Source: a virus
DNA length: 32,000 bases
Virus record (IMG/VR): IMGVR_UViG_3300045988_024411
Span: 3,282-35,281 of that record
Direction: 5' to 3' (one strand)
In this document: positions 23,539 to 32,000 of the stretch, piece after piece
Layout of the letters: every line of letters starts with the position of its first letter
Position numbering within the stretch: the stretch's first letter is position 1
Position numbers and translations under genes: made by a program
Notes under the pieces: model-generated
Seen by the model: the letters and a program-made list of their open reading frames with translations, nothing else
Database searches by the model: none
Told to the model about the DNA's origin: nothing

Positions 23539-25863
23539 TATGGTGGTACCATGTCCGAAATGGCTCGTTTGGTCAATGAGTCTGGTGTCTTGAATGGTGA
23601 GTTTGAAGCTACGGCTGACAATATCCGTGATATCCCATTCCATACCTTGATTGATGCCATCGGTATTACTCAAGATAGGCTTGGAGTAACCGGAACTACT
23701 GCGAAAGAAGCAAGTACAACCGTGTCCGGTTCATTCAATTCCATGAAAGCAGCCGCTGAGAACTTAGTGGCCGGTCTTGGTAATAACGAAGCTAATATCA
23801 AGCAGCTCATGGATAACATGAAGCAGACTATCATCACGTTCAAGGATAATGTGGTGCGTGTTCTAGGGACTATCTGGGACAATCTGCCAGTGGACGGCTG
23901 GGTTAAATGGGCAGCGCTTATCATTGGAGCGGCGGGGCCTATTATTGCAATATTGGGGACCTTAATCATTTGGATCGGTAACGTCGTTTCTGCACTTAGC
24001 ACAATCGGTGGGGCTATCAGCTCAGTAGTAGGGTTCTTTTCAAGCGGTTCTACCGCAGCTAGCGGTCTAGGAGCTGCTTTCAGTGGTCTATCAGCCGGAG
24101 CTCTTGCCGCTTTTGCCGGGATTGTTGCTGCCGTGGCTTTGGTTGGGGCTGCACTCGTTGACTTGTGGAACAATAACGAGAATTTCCGTGCACAAGTTAC
24201 GGCAATATGGGAAACCATCAAGAGTGCAATCACTAGCGCTGTTCAAGCCATTGTGTCGTTTGTTATGTCAATTTGGGGGCAGTTGACTTCCTTCTGGAAC
24301 GAAAACCACGCCTTGATTATGCAGACAGCGACAACTTACTGGAATATGTTCAAGGGCATAATTGAAAGTGTCATGAACGCTATTCTTCCAGTCGTTCAAA
24401 CTGGATTGAATTTGCTGATTACACTGTTCTCGACAAGCTGGCAAATGATTACCACAGTTATTTCAACAGTTATTGATGTTATCCTCAACATCATCAAGAT
24501 GGGTATGCAGATTCTACAAGGTGACTGGTCTGGAGCGTGGGAAACGTTCAAAACTATCTTGTCTACTGTGTGGGAAGGTATCAAGTCACTTGTTTCAATC
24601 GGTATCAATGCTATTGGTCCGATTATCCAAGCGGGTATTCAATTCATTCTCGCTATCTGGAACGCAGCATGGGCATTGTTAGCTATTCCATTCCAAACGC
24701 TTTGGGCATTACTTCAACAAATCGCTGGCGGAGCCATGACTGCCATTAGCGGTGTGATTAGTGCCGGGATTGCCGTGATTCAATCCATTTGGTCAGCAGC
24801 GTGGACGGTTATCCAGACTGTTTTCTCAACGGTTTGGAATACAATCATGTCCATTCTGTCACCTATCATGGCTGGTATCTCAAGCATTATCTCAAGCACC
24901 TTGTCAGCTATTCAAGCGATTTGGAACGCTATTTGGACGGGGATCCAAGCTGTTTTGGCTGGTGTATTAGCTGCCATTGTCGGATTGGTTACTGGTAACT
25001 TCTCGCAAGTTCAAGCGGCTATTTCGTCAATTATGTCAGCTATTCAAGCCACTATCAGTGCGATTTGGAACGCTATCTTGTCGCTTGTCAGCAGCGTATT
25101 GAGTGCGATTGCTAGCACTGTATCAAGTACATGGTCAGCTATCCAGTCAATCATTTCAAGTGCCATGAGCTCTGTTCAGAGCATTATCAGCTCAGCTTGG
25201 AGCGCTGTTAGATCAGCGGTATCAAGTGCTATGAGCTCTATTCAGTCGGCTATCACTAGCGGATTTAGTGCCGTTGTATCAGCGGTAACAAGTGCCGGTC
25301 AGCGTATCATTTCAGCAGTTCGCTCAGCGTTCAGCGGTGCACTTAGTGCAGCCCGTGGATTCGTTGGACAAGCTGCAAGCGTAGGTGCTAACCTTATTAG
25401 CGGTTTCGTTAGCGGGGTTACATCCGCAGCCGGCAAGTTGATTTCAGCGGTTAAAGGTGCGGTAGGTAACGCCATCAATGGAGCTAAAGCCTTGCTTGGT
25501 ATCAAATCGCCATCCCGTGTATTCCGTCAATTCGGTATCTACACGGATAAAGGTTTCATCATTGGTATCGACAGCAAAGCGGCCCAAGTAGCCCGCTCAA
25601 TGCGTTATATGGCCCAAGGAGCTATTGACGCATTCATTGGTCAAGATATCAACGGAGCCATCACTGATGAACTCGGTAGCATGGACGGCCAGTTAGGTCG
25701 TTTAGCAGGGTATGATCCATCTGTTTCGTTTAACGGCGGTAAGATGTCGGTTATTCAACAAGCAGTGGATATCGTGCTCAAGATGGGTGATACAACTTAC
25801 AGGGCATTTACTGAGGACATCACTAACGCTCAATCAATGGAATTAATGCTTGATAACTATTAA
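23539..25863 (+). CDS. Tape measure protein, exon 2 (774 aa). The spliced TMP would total 989 aa.
   Basis: Starts YGGTMSEMARL...GVTGTTAKEA. A long hydrophobic Ala/Ser/Ile-rich array carries recurring W(N/S)A(A/I)W motifs. C-terminal ...LLGIKSPSRVFRQFG. Confidence 0.85.
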   Translation, partial: YGGTMSEMARLVNESGVLNGEFEATADNIRDIPFHTLIDAIGITQDRLGVTGTTAKEASTTVSGSFNSMKAAAENLVAGLGNNEANIKQLMDNMKQTIITFKDNVVRVLGTIWDNLPVDGWVKWAALIIGAAGPIIAILGTLIIWIGNVVSALSTIGGAISSVVGFFSSGSTAASGLGAAFSGLSAGALAAFAGIVAAVALVGAALVDLWNNNENFRAQVTAIWETIKSAITSAVQAIVSFVMSIWGQLTSFWNENHALIMQTATTYWNMFKGIIESVMNAILPVVQTGLNLLITLFSTSWQMITTVISTVIDVILNIIKMGMQILQGDWSGAWETFKTILSTVWEGIKSLVSIGINAIGPIIQAGIQFILAIWNAAWALLAIPFQTLWALLQQIAGGAMTAISGVISAGIAVIQSIWSAAWTVIQTVFSTVWNTIMSILSPIMAGISSIISSTLSAIQAIWNAIWTGIQAVLAGVLAAIVGLVTGNFSQVQAAISSIMSAIQATISAIWNAILSLVSSVLSAIASTVSSTWSAIQSIISSAMSSVQSIISSAWSAVRSAVSSAMSSIQSAITSGFSAVVSAVTSAGQRIISAVRSAFSGALSAARGFVGQAASVGANLISGFVSGVTSAAGKLISAVKGAVGNAINGAKALLGIKSPSRVFRQFGIYTDKGFIIGIDSKAAQVARSMRYMAQGAIDAFIGQDINGAITDELGSMDGQLGRLAGYDPSVSFNGGKMSVIQQAVDIVLKMGDTTYRAFTEDITNAQSMELMLDNY

Positions 25864-25883
25864 GAGAAAAGAGGTTTTAGCTA

Positions 25884-26675
25884 ATGTATGATTATGCTTC
25901 ATTGAAGCGCACGGAATCAACGGTGCTGCAAAGAGCGCCAGTTGATAACATGCGTATCAACGGGACACCGATTGAGGATATCATCCAAGGATATCGACAG
26001 CTTACAGTTAAGGGGCGTTCACTGCTTAACCGTGAGATTTCAACTACTAGAGTTCCCGGGCGCCGTGGTGTCTGGGTGGACAGCGTCAATGACTCAGAGC
26101 GTGAGATTGAGGTTAAATACCAGTTAACTACGGTCACTAGCCAAGCCATGAGGACCTCTTTCCGAGAGCTCAACCGTATCTTGAGAGAAGTAGGCCCTAG
26201 CGGTTATCTTGAAGTCACATTTGACGATGAGCCGGATTTCACTTACTACGCAATCTTCAAGGAAGCGGACGAAGTCGAGGAAGATAGGCTTTCAATTATT
26301 AGCAGTTTCGTTCTGCTAGTGCCGGACGGTTATAAAAAACGAGTTCCAGAGCGTTCTAACGACGTTGTTTATCTAACCTATGCTAAGAAAGTGATACCTG
26401 AGAAAATTGTGGCCGTGACATCGGCAGTGGCGACAGAATTTGAAATCATCAACGGTCAAACCAAGTTATCGTTCAAGGGTAGCTACGCAGCTAATAAGGA
26501 AATCGTCATTAAATTCGGTACAGAAGAAGTGACAGCTACTTATGATGGACGTAATATCCTAAGTGAATTACAACGATTTAGCCCGCTTGAGCAGTTCTAT
26601 GTCAAGGACGGTGACAGATTGACCGGCAAGAATGTAACTATCCGTGAGGTACAGTGGAGGGATGAAAGTCTATGA
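25884..26675 (+). CDS. Distal tail protein (Dit, siphovirus tail component)
   Basis: 263 aa, directly after TMP, with the usual N-terminal ...INGTPIEDII..YRQLTVKGRSLL pattern. Confidence 0.8.
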   Translation: MYDYASLKRTESTVLQRAPVDNMRINGTPIEDIIQGYRQLTVKGRSLLNREISTTRVPGRRGVWVDSVNDSEREIEVKYQLTTVTSQAMRTSFRELNRILREVGPSGYLEVTFDDEPDFTYYAIFKEADEVEEDRLSIISSFVLLVPDGYKKRVPERSNDVVYLTYAKKVIPEKIVAVTSAVATEFEIINGQTKLSFKGSYAANKEIVIKFGTEEVTATYDGRNILSELQRFSPLEQFYVKDGDRLTGKNVTIREVQWRDESL

Positions 26676-29600
26676 TCTATTTATTCGATAAGGACGAAAA
26701 ACTTGTCAAGATTATTCGCAAGCCTGCTATTAAGACAGCTTTACAGAAATTCAGTCTTACCACTGAAAACTACATTTCAGACCGCTTGACTGTCGAAATG
26801 AAAGCCTTGAGAGACGACGAGCTGGCAAAACTGGAATATATGGCCATTCAGTCAATCGACGATACGCATAAATTCCATTACTTCTACATTGCCCAAGGCA
26901 ATACCAAAGGTGATATCACAACGCTTATCGGTGTTCAATCTGGTATCGAGGAGCTACGCAAGACAGTAGTTTACGACAAGCGCCCAACAGACCAACGTGC
27001 TAGACCAGTCATCGAATGGCTTTTAACTGGCACAAACTGGTCCCCTCGGTTCATTGCTGAAACAAATCCAAAGAGCACTAATTTCTATTACATTTCCACA
27101 TTCGATGCACTGAAAAAGGTGTGCAAAGTGTGGGGCTTAGAAATGCAGTTCTTTGTTGAAATGAACGGCACTCAGATTGGCGCTAGATACATTGATTTCA
27201 AGCGCAAAATAGGTGAAGCCGTCGGAAAACGTGTGGTTTATGGTCACAACGCCCTTGAAATTCTGCAAGAGGTTGAAAAGACAAACCTATACACCGCCTT
27301 AGTTGGTCGTGGTAAAGGGGAGCAAGTCAGCTCGGCGGAAGATACCGGCAAAGATGCTGACGGGTACGGACGCAAAATCAACTTCGAGGAAATTGTCTGG
27401 TCGAAAGCTAAAGGGGACCCACTAGACAAGCCCCTCGGTCAGAAGTACCTTGAAATTCCAGAAATGACCGCTAAATACGGGATTAAACAACCAGACGGCA
27501 AGATGCGCCCAAAGATTGGCTTTGTCGAATTTAGCGAGGAAGAAGACAAGAACGAGCTTATTAAACAGACTTATGAGGCTTTGATTGAGGCTTCCAGACC
27601 TAAACTCACACTTAAAACAACAACGGTCTATCTGAAAGGTGCCCGAATTGGCGACACTATCCGAGTTGTTCGCCATGACAGACATCTTGATTATGATACA
27701 CGTATCTTTGAAATCACATTTAACCGCTTAAACAATGAGTCTAGCGACATCAAGCTGGGAGATCGAGTTAGCGAAAGCAATGACGCAAAGGTACAGAGTA
27801 CCGTCAACAAAGCTCTTGATGAGTTTAAAGCTGGTGAGTTTACTGAGTTTGTCAAGAAACTGCCAGAGTTCATCCCGTCAGCTAATGGTTTCAACCATAA
27901 CTGGTACACAAGCACTGATCCAACAGAATCTCACCCCGGACAAGTTTTAATCAATGACTCTTGGTACAAACCAGACCCAGAACATGAGGGGCATACCATC
28001 ATGTATCGCTGGACTGGGGAAATGTGGCAAGAGGTCTTGAGGACATGGGACGGCACGGGGCTACAAGACAAAATCAAGAAAGAGTTTGAGAAAGTCGCAG
28101 CTGACATGGCTAAACAGCAATCAGACCACGACAGAGTGGTTGCTGAAATCACAGCCAAAGCTACTAATGCGGAAACATTAGCTAGTTCAGCTAAATCAAC
28201 CGCAGAGGACGCTTTTAGCCATCTAAACGACGTCAAGAGTGAAGCTATCGCAGAAGCACGTTATTTGGACACCGTCGAGCGTGCTGAGACAGAGAAGAAG
28301 ATTGCTGAATCTAAAAAAGACGCATTGTCAGAAGCTGTCAAACTGGTCGATAACGCTAAAAGTACGCTAAACACGGACTTATCTGAAACTGAAAAGAAAG
28401 TCGAAGCTCTAAAAGGTTCTATTGGTACATTGTTAAACGACACGTCTGTACAGTTTGCCAAAATCAATAACGCCTTGATTTCAGTAGCTAGCAAGCAAGA
28501 TGTTGACAAAGTCAGTCAGCGCGTGTCTAATGCTGAGACGGTTTTGACACAGCAAGCAGGGCAGATTTCAGCCAAGGCTAGCAAAGAGGATGTCAATGCT
28601 GTTTCTGGGCGTTTAAACAAGGCTGAGAGCTCGTTGACAGTGCAGTCTGGGCAAATCAGCCAGAAAGCCAACAAGCAGGACGTAGACACGCTGACAGGGC
28701 GTGTGAATCGTGCTGAAACGTCTATCACTCAGCAAGCGGACATGATTGCATCCAAAGCTAATAAGCAAGAACTTGACAATGTCAACAATCGAGTGTTGGA
28801 CGCTGAAAGTCGTATTACTCAACAAGCCAACGAGATTAGCCAACGAGTGAAAACAAGCGATTTTAACAATGCTACTCAGAGACTTGCGACGGCTGAAAGC
28901 TCGATTACTCAGTTAGGAAATAAAATCACTACTGAGATTAGCCGTGTGGACAGCAAGATCCCGACAGATTTTGGCAGTCGTAACTTGATTTTGAAATCTG
29001 CAGACTTCGATAACTTACACAGACAACCGTCAGGAAGTAATGCTACTACCGACGGTCAGGCCTATATCATCAATTCCCAAAACTATCCTAATGATGTTTA
29101 CGCTGGAATCTCATGGAATATGGCCGTTACGAAGATTGAAGCCGGCGAAACATTCTCGCTTCTAGCCCCGATTTACATCGACAGCAACATTGACATTGAT
29201 TTCGGCGCTAAAATTATGATAAAAAATCATAAAAGTAATGACCATTTATTCGTATTTGACATACCGACGGATGTTAAAGATGAATGGTTTGATGTCAAAT
29301 TGACGTTTACTACTAGCAAGAGCGTTGAGCTCGGAGAGTGGCCGTTTTACATATCAGTGGTCAGAAATGGGTATCTGAAAATCAAACCGCCTATGATGGT
29401 TAGAGGATCGCTCATTCCTTTACAACATACAGTAGCACCAGAAGACACCGAAGCTGAAATAAGCACGGTTAAAACGACGATAACACAGACTGAGCAGGGT
29501 GTCAGTCAGCTATCACAGAAACAATCTGAAACAGATAGCCGCATGACTAGCGCTGAAACCAAGGTTAATCAACTGGTCGGTGAAATGTCGTCTAAGGTAT

Positions 29601-31651
29601 CGAAGACAGATTTTGACAAATTGTCCAAGAGCGTAGCGGCTAATAGTACCGCAATCACTCAGACTGATAGCAAAATCAGTTTAAAAGCAGACCGGACAGA
29701 AGTCCAAATTGCCAAAGCTACGGCTGACAGTGCAGTGTCTAAAGGTCAAGAGTTAGAGCGTAAAATCAACCAGACTAACGCAGAATTACGTGTTACAGCG
29801 GATTCTATCGCTCAAAAGGTTTCAAGAGTTGATTTTGACAACCTTGGGAATAAAGTCACTAACGCTGAAACGCAAATCAACACGTTAGCTGGCAAGATTG
29901 AAACTAAGCTATCTAGAGTAGACCTAGATAAAACCATTGATAGCAGAGGGTTTGTGACGTCGGCTACTGTCACTAATCTCATTCAACAATCAGAGCGAGG
30001 GACAACCCAGCTTATTAGCGAGGTTAAGAAACAGATCCCATCAATCGGACAGGCCGGTGGTGAGAACCTAATTCAGAACTCAGCGTTTCCACAAAATATA
30101 GACGGTTGGGGGACATGGGTTTATGGACAAGGGAATAAGAATTTATTCGTAGGCAAGCACAGCGCTTACTACAATAACACTAGAGAGCTGTTCCGGTTGT
30201 ACAATGCAGAAGCTCAGCTCACTACGACAGTGCCAGCGTCCACTCGAAGGATTCCTCTTAAGAGAAACACTGCTTACCGAGTTAATATCTCGCTAATTGG
30301 CAGCGATAACTTGGCCGGGGCTGACATTTATTTGCTAGTTAGGAAAGCGGGAGAGACCAAAGACTACACTAACATCTATCATTTGAAGCACATCAACGGT
30401 CCAGAGATTAGCACACTTAAGCGGTTTGGCTTAAGTGTTCAGAACGGAGAATTCGATGAAGGGTATATACGTATTGATAACAGAGGGCACACGGATGCAC
30501 AACCGTCAAACTTATTCTTCACAGAACTAGATTTCTACGAAGGAACTATGGACCGTGCTTGGCAACCGTCTTCAAAGGACGTAAGTCAAGAGGTTACAGT
30601 TAAATTCAATGAAATCAAGTCAACCGTTGACGGTTTCAGCCGTACCATTGGCGAACATGGGCAGTCTATTTCTCAGATTATCCAAGATGCCAAGGGTACA
30701 GTTTGGAAAGTTGAGAACCTAGAGGATAAGTGGGCGTTTAATCTCGGTGTCACTAACAAGCAACTAGACAAGCTAGACACCGGGCTTGAAGCTACCAAGT
30801 CCGAAATGTCGCAGATTGCCGGTTCATGGGCTGTTAAGAACCTAACAAGGTCTGGTGATGTGCTCAACCAAATCAACCTCAATAAGGACGGCTCAGTTAA
30901 AATTGACGGTAAACTGGTTCAAATCACCGGTTCTACTTACATCGAGGATGGTGTCATTAGTTCAGCCAAAATCGGAGAGCTTTCAGCAAATAAAATCACT
31001 AGCGGACGCTTAAACGCTTCACTGGTCGACGTTGTCAATCTAAACGCTTCAAGCGTTACCAGTGGCACGTTTACTGGTTTAAATTATCGAGGGGGCAAAA
31101 TAGAAGGACTTAACGGGTCAATGCGAGTTGACTTGAATCAATCTGAGATTCATTTTTATGATAATGCAACGATTGAATTTCACAATAAGGATAATGCGCT
31201 GGTTCGACGTAAAGGCCCGCACACAGCGTTTGTGCACTTCAACGACACACCGCCAGACGAAGACCAGAATACCGGTTCGCTGTTTGCGGCGATAGGCGTC
31301 ACATCTTCTGGAGATGGAATCAATTCAGCGTCTTCTGGTCGTTTCGCAGGGCTTCGTGTGTATCGTGCTGCAAGAGGTTTGGAACATAACGCAGTTTTTG
31401 ACCAAGCCGAACTTTACGGGGACAGAATTTTGCTAAAAGACGACTTCTACTTAAACAGAGGGTTCTCTTTCCACCCAGCTTCACTTCCCGACGGGCGGTG
31501 GATAAATGTTACCAATCTTGCGTTTGCCGCTGCGGCTCTCGCTAGGGTCTGGCAGCATTTCCTAAACGTTGGAGGGAACGGAAAGGATCCTGCGTTTATC
31601 AACGCTTTAAAAAACGAACAAGCCACTTTTGGGAAAATCGCCCACTGGTAG
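26672..31651 (+). CDS. Tail-associated (Tal) / host-specificity fibre fusion protein (1659 aa)
   Basis: The N-terminal ~380 aa resemble the prophage tail endopeptidase / minor structural protein region. Then follow two coiled-coil repeat blocks, each followed by a beta-rich CBM-like module, and a C-terminal gp58-like fibre tip (...KITSGRLNASLVDVVNLNASSVTSGTFTG...). Confidence 0.85.
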   Translation: MIYLFDKDEKLVKIIRKPAIKTALQKFSLTTENYISDRLTVEMKALRDDELAKLEYMAIQSIDDTHKFHYFYIAQGNTKGDITTLIGVQSGIEELRKTVVYDKRPTDQRARPVIEWLLTGTNWSPRFIAETNPKSTNFYYISTFDALKKVCKVWGLEMQFFVEMNGTQIGARYIDFKRKIGEAVGKRVVYGHNALEILQEVEKTNLYTALVGRGKGEQVSSAEDTGKDADGYGRKINFEEIVWSKAKGDPLDKPLGQKYLEIPEMTAKYGIKQPDGKMRPKIGFVEFSEEEDKNELIKQTYEALIEASRPKLTLKTTTVYLKGARIGDTIRVVRHDRHLDYDTRIFEITFNRLNNESSDIKLGDRVSESNDAKVQSTVNKALDEFKAGEFTEFVKKLPEFIPSANGFNHNWYTSTDPTESHPGQVLINDSWYKPDPEHEGHTIMYRWTGEMWQEVLRTWDGTGLQDKIKKEFEKVAADMAKQQSDHDRVVAEITAKATNAETLASSAKSTAEDAFSHLNDVKSEAIAEARYLDTVERAETEKKIAESKKDALSEAVKLVDNAKSTLNTDLSETEKKVEALKGSIGTLLNDTSVQFAKINNALISVASKQDVDKVSQRVSNAETVLTQQAGQISAKASKEDVNAVSGRLNKAESSLTVQSGQISQKANKQDVDTLTGRVNRAETSITQQADMIASKANKQELDNVNNRVLDAESRITQQANEISQRVKTSDFNNATQRLATAESSITQLGNKITTEISRVDSKIPTDFGSRNLILKSADFDNLHRQPSGSNATTDGQAYIINSQNYPNDVYAGISWNMAVTKIEAGETFSLLAPIYIDSNIDIDFGAKIMIKNHKSNDHLFVFDIPTDVKDEWFDVKLTFTTSKSVELGEWPFYISVVRNGYLKIKPPMMVRGSLIPLQHTVAPEDTEAEISTVKTTITQTEQGVSQLSQKQSETDSRMTSAETKVNQLVGEMSSKVSKTDFDKLSKSVAANSTAITQTDSKISLKADRTEVQIAKATADSAVSKGQELERKINQTNAELRVTADSIAQKVSRVDFDNLGNKVTNAETQINTLAGKIETKLSRVDLDKTIDSRGFVTSATVTNLIQQSERGTTQLISEVKKQIPSIGQAGGENLIQNSAFPQNIDGWGTWVYGQGNKNLFVGKHSAYYNNTRELFRLYNAEAQLTTTVPASTRRIPLKRNTAYRVNISLIGSDNLAGADIYLLVRKAGETKDYTNIYHLKHINGPEISTLKRFGLSVQNGEFDEGYIRIDNRGHTDAQPSNLFFTELDFYEGTMDRAWQPSSKDVSQEVTVKFNEIKSTVDGFSRTIGEHGQSISQIIQDAKGTVWKVENLEDKWAFNLGVTNKQLDKLDTGLEATKSEMSQIAGSWAVKNLTRSGDVLNQINLNKDGSVKIDGKLVQITGSTYIEDGVISSAKIGELSANKITSGRLNASLVDVVNLNASSVTSGTFTGLNYRGGKIEGLNGSMRVDLNQSEIHFYDNATIEFHNKDNALVRRKGPHTAFVHFNDTPPDEDQNTGSLFAAIGVTSSGDGINSASSGRFAGLRVYRAARGLEHNAVFDQAELYGDRILLKDDFYLNRGFSFHPASLPDGRWINVTNLAFAAAALARVWQHFLNVGGNGKDPAFINALKNEQATFGKIAHW
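28490..28939 (+). repeat. Five tandem 90-nt (30-aa) coding repeats within Tal
   Basis: SKQDVDKVSQRVSNAETVLTQQAGQISAKA / SKEDVNAVSGRLNKAESSLTVQSGQISQKA / NKQDVDTLTGRVNRAETSITQQADMIASKA / NKQELDNVNNRVLDAESRITQQANEISQRV / KTSDFNNATQRLATAESSITQLGNKITTEI. Confidence 0.85.
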
Positions 31652-31664
31652 AAAGGAAACACTA

Positions 31665-31892
31665 ATGAACGAACAAATTTATACTTCAATGATTCAAGAC
31701 ATTGCAAGTCAGAACGCTAACTTGACGATTGAGAAAGCTGAGTTTAAGGCTCGCTTGCAGGCAACAGTTAGCGAACTTGAACAAGCCAAATCACAACTAG
31801 AGCATTATCAAAATGTTCTAGCGTCTGACTCAGACCTTAACGACCTCTTTAACGAGGCGGCACAGAAAGGAGCGACGGATGAACAAATCTAA
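31665..31892 (+). CDS. Small coiled-coil hypothetical protein (75 aa)
   Basis: The GAAAGGAAA SD favours ATG 31665 over the ORF-track start at 31629, which overlaps the end of Tal. Confidence 0.6.
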   Translation: MNEQIYTSMIQDIASQNANLTIEKAEFKARLQATVSELEQAKSQLEHYQNVLASDSDLNDLFNEAAQKGATDEQI

Positions 31893-32000
31893 TTTCAGTG
31901 TCACATCAAGCTATCTGACCAATCCGACAACAACAAGGATTGCTGTCCAGTCCAAAGATGGCTCGACGTGGTTGACCCGTGATGTGCCCGGGGACCACAC
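31879..32000 (+). CDS. Hypothetical protein, 3'-truncated by the window edge (MNKSNFSVTSSYLTNPTTTRIAVQSKDG...)
   Basis: AAAGGAG SD 6 nt upstream. The frame is open to the window end and overlaps the previous gene by 14 nt. Confidence 0.5.
   Translation, partial: MNKSNFSVTSSYLTNPTTTRIAVQSKDGSTWLTRDVPGDH

Noticed and set aside
23670-24233. Long antisense and off-frame ORFs inside the TMP gene (for example 187 aa at 23670-24233 on the minus strand, and several 65-70-aa ORFs between 24083 and 25505).
   Set aside because: The TMP is built from Ala/Ser/Gly/Ile codons (GCN, AGC, GGN, ATT), which rarely generate stops in other frames. There is no SD, and the composition is Ala/Pro/Arg-rich nonsense.
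22611-25863. Reading the tape measure as two independent genes (22611-23318 and 23536-25863), or as a pseudogene broken by mutation.
   Set aside because: The break falls exactly between the codons for ...NLKLG and YGGT.... The two parts are in frame once 283 nt are removed. The removed segment has a P1 with a G-U wobble, a P10 and a terminal G. An intron explains this better than decay.

Overview
Almost all of the window is the + strand of one temperate siphovirus or prophage from a low-GC Gram-positive host. The gene set looks Streptococcus-type: ORF6C, DUF1642, YopX, ArpU and an LPXTG cargo gene.

Gene order along the window:
- Tail end of the early region: a coiled-coil protein, an ORF6C protein and a small Xis/HTH-like protein.
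- One opposite-strand membrane-protein gene with its own promoter.
- An accessory island: a Rep-like wHTH stub, iterons, and a cell-wall-anchored MSCRAMM-like adhesin.
- A recombination module: ERF, DUF1351, SSB and RusA.
- Small early genes, including a MazG-like protein, an orphan C5 DNA methyltransferase and YopX.
- A 0.77-kb ORF-free region (12588-13354) that is rich in repeats and predicted structure.
- The ArpU late regulator, followed by a complete packaging, head and tail module: TerS, TerL, portal, gp7-like protein, scaffold, major capsid protein, connectors, major tail protein, G/GT chaperones, tape measure protein (TMP), Dit, and a 1659-aa Tal/fibre protein.

Strongest non-routine signals:
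1. The tape-measure gene is interrupted by a 283-nt ORF-less group I intron. Its P1/P10 guide sequence pairs with both exon ends.
2. The ORF-free locus contains two covarying tRNA-like acceptor/T-arm minihelices, 43-nt direct repeats and orphan super-Shine-Dalgarno sequences.
3. A phage-borne LPXTG adhesin sits in the middle of the early operon.
4. The late-operon leader has phased repeats followed by a terminator hairpin.
5. A 141-codon alternative frame nested in the methyltransferase gene reads like real protein.

All family names come from reading motifs by eye. No database search was run.
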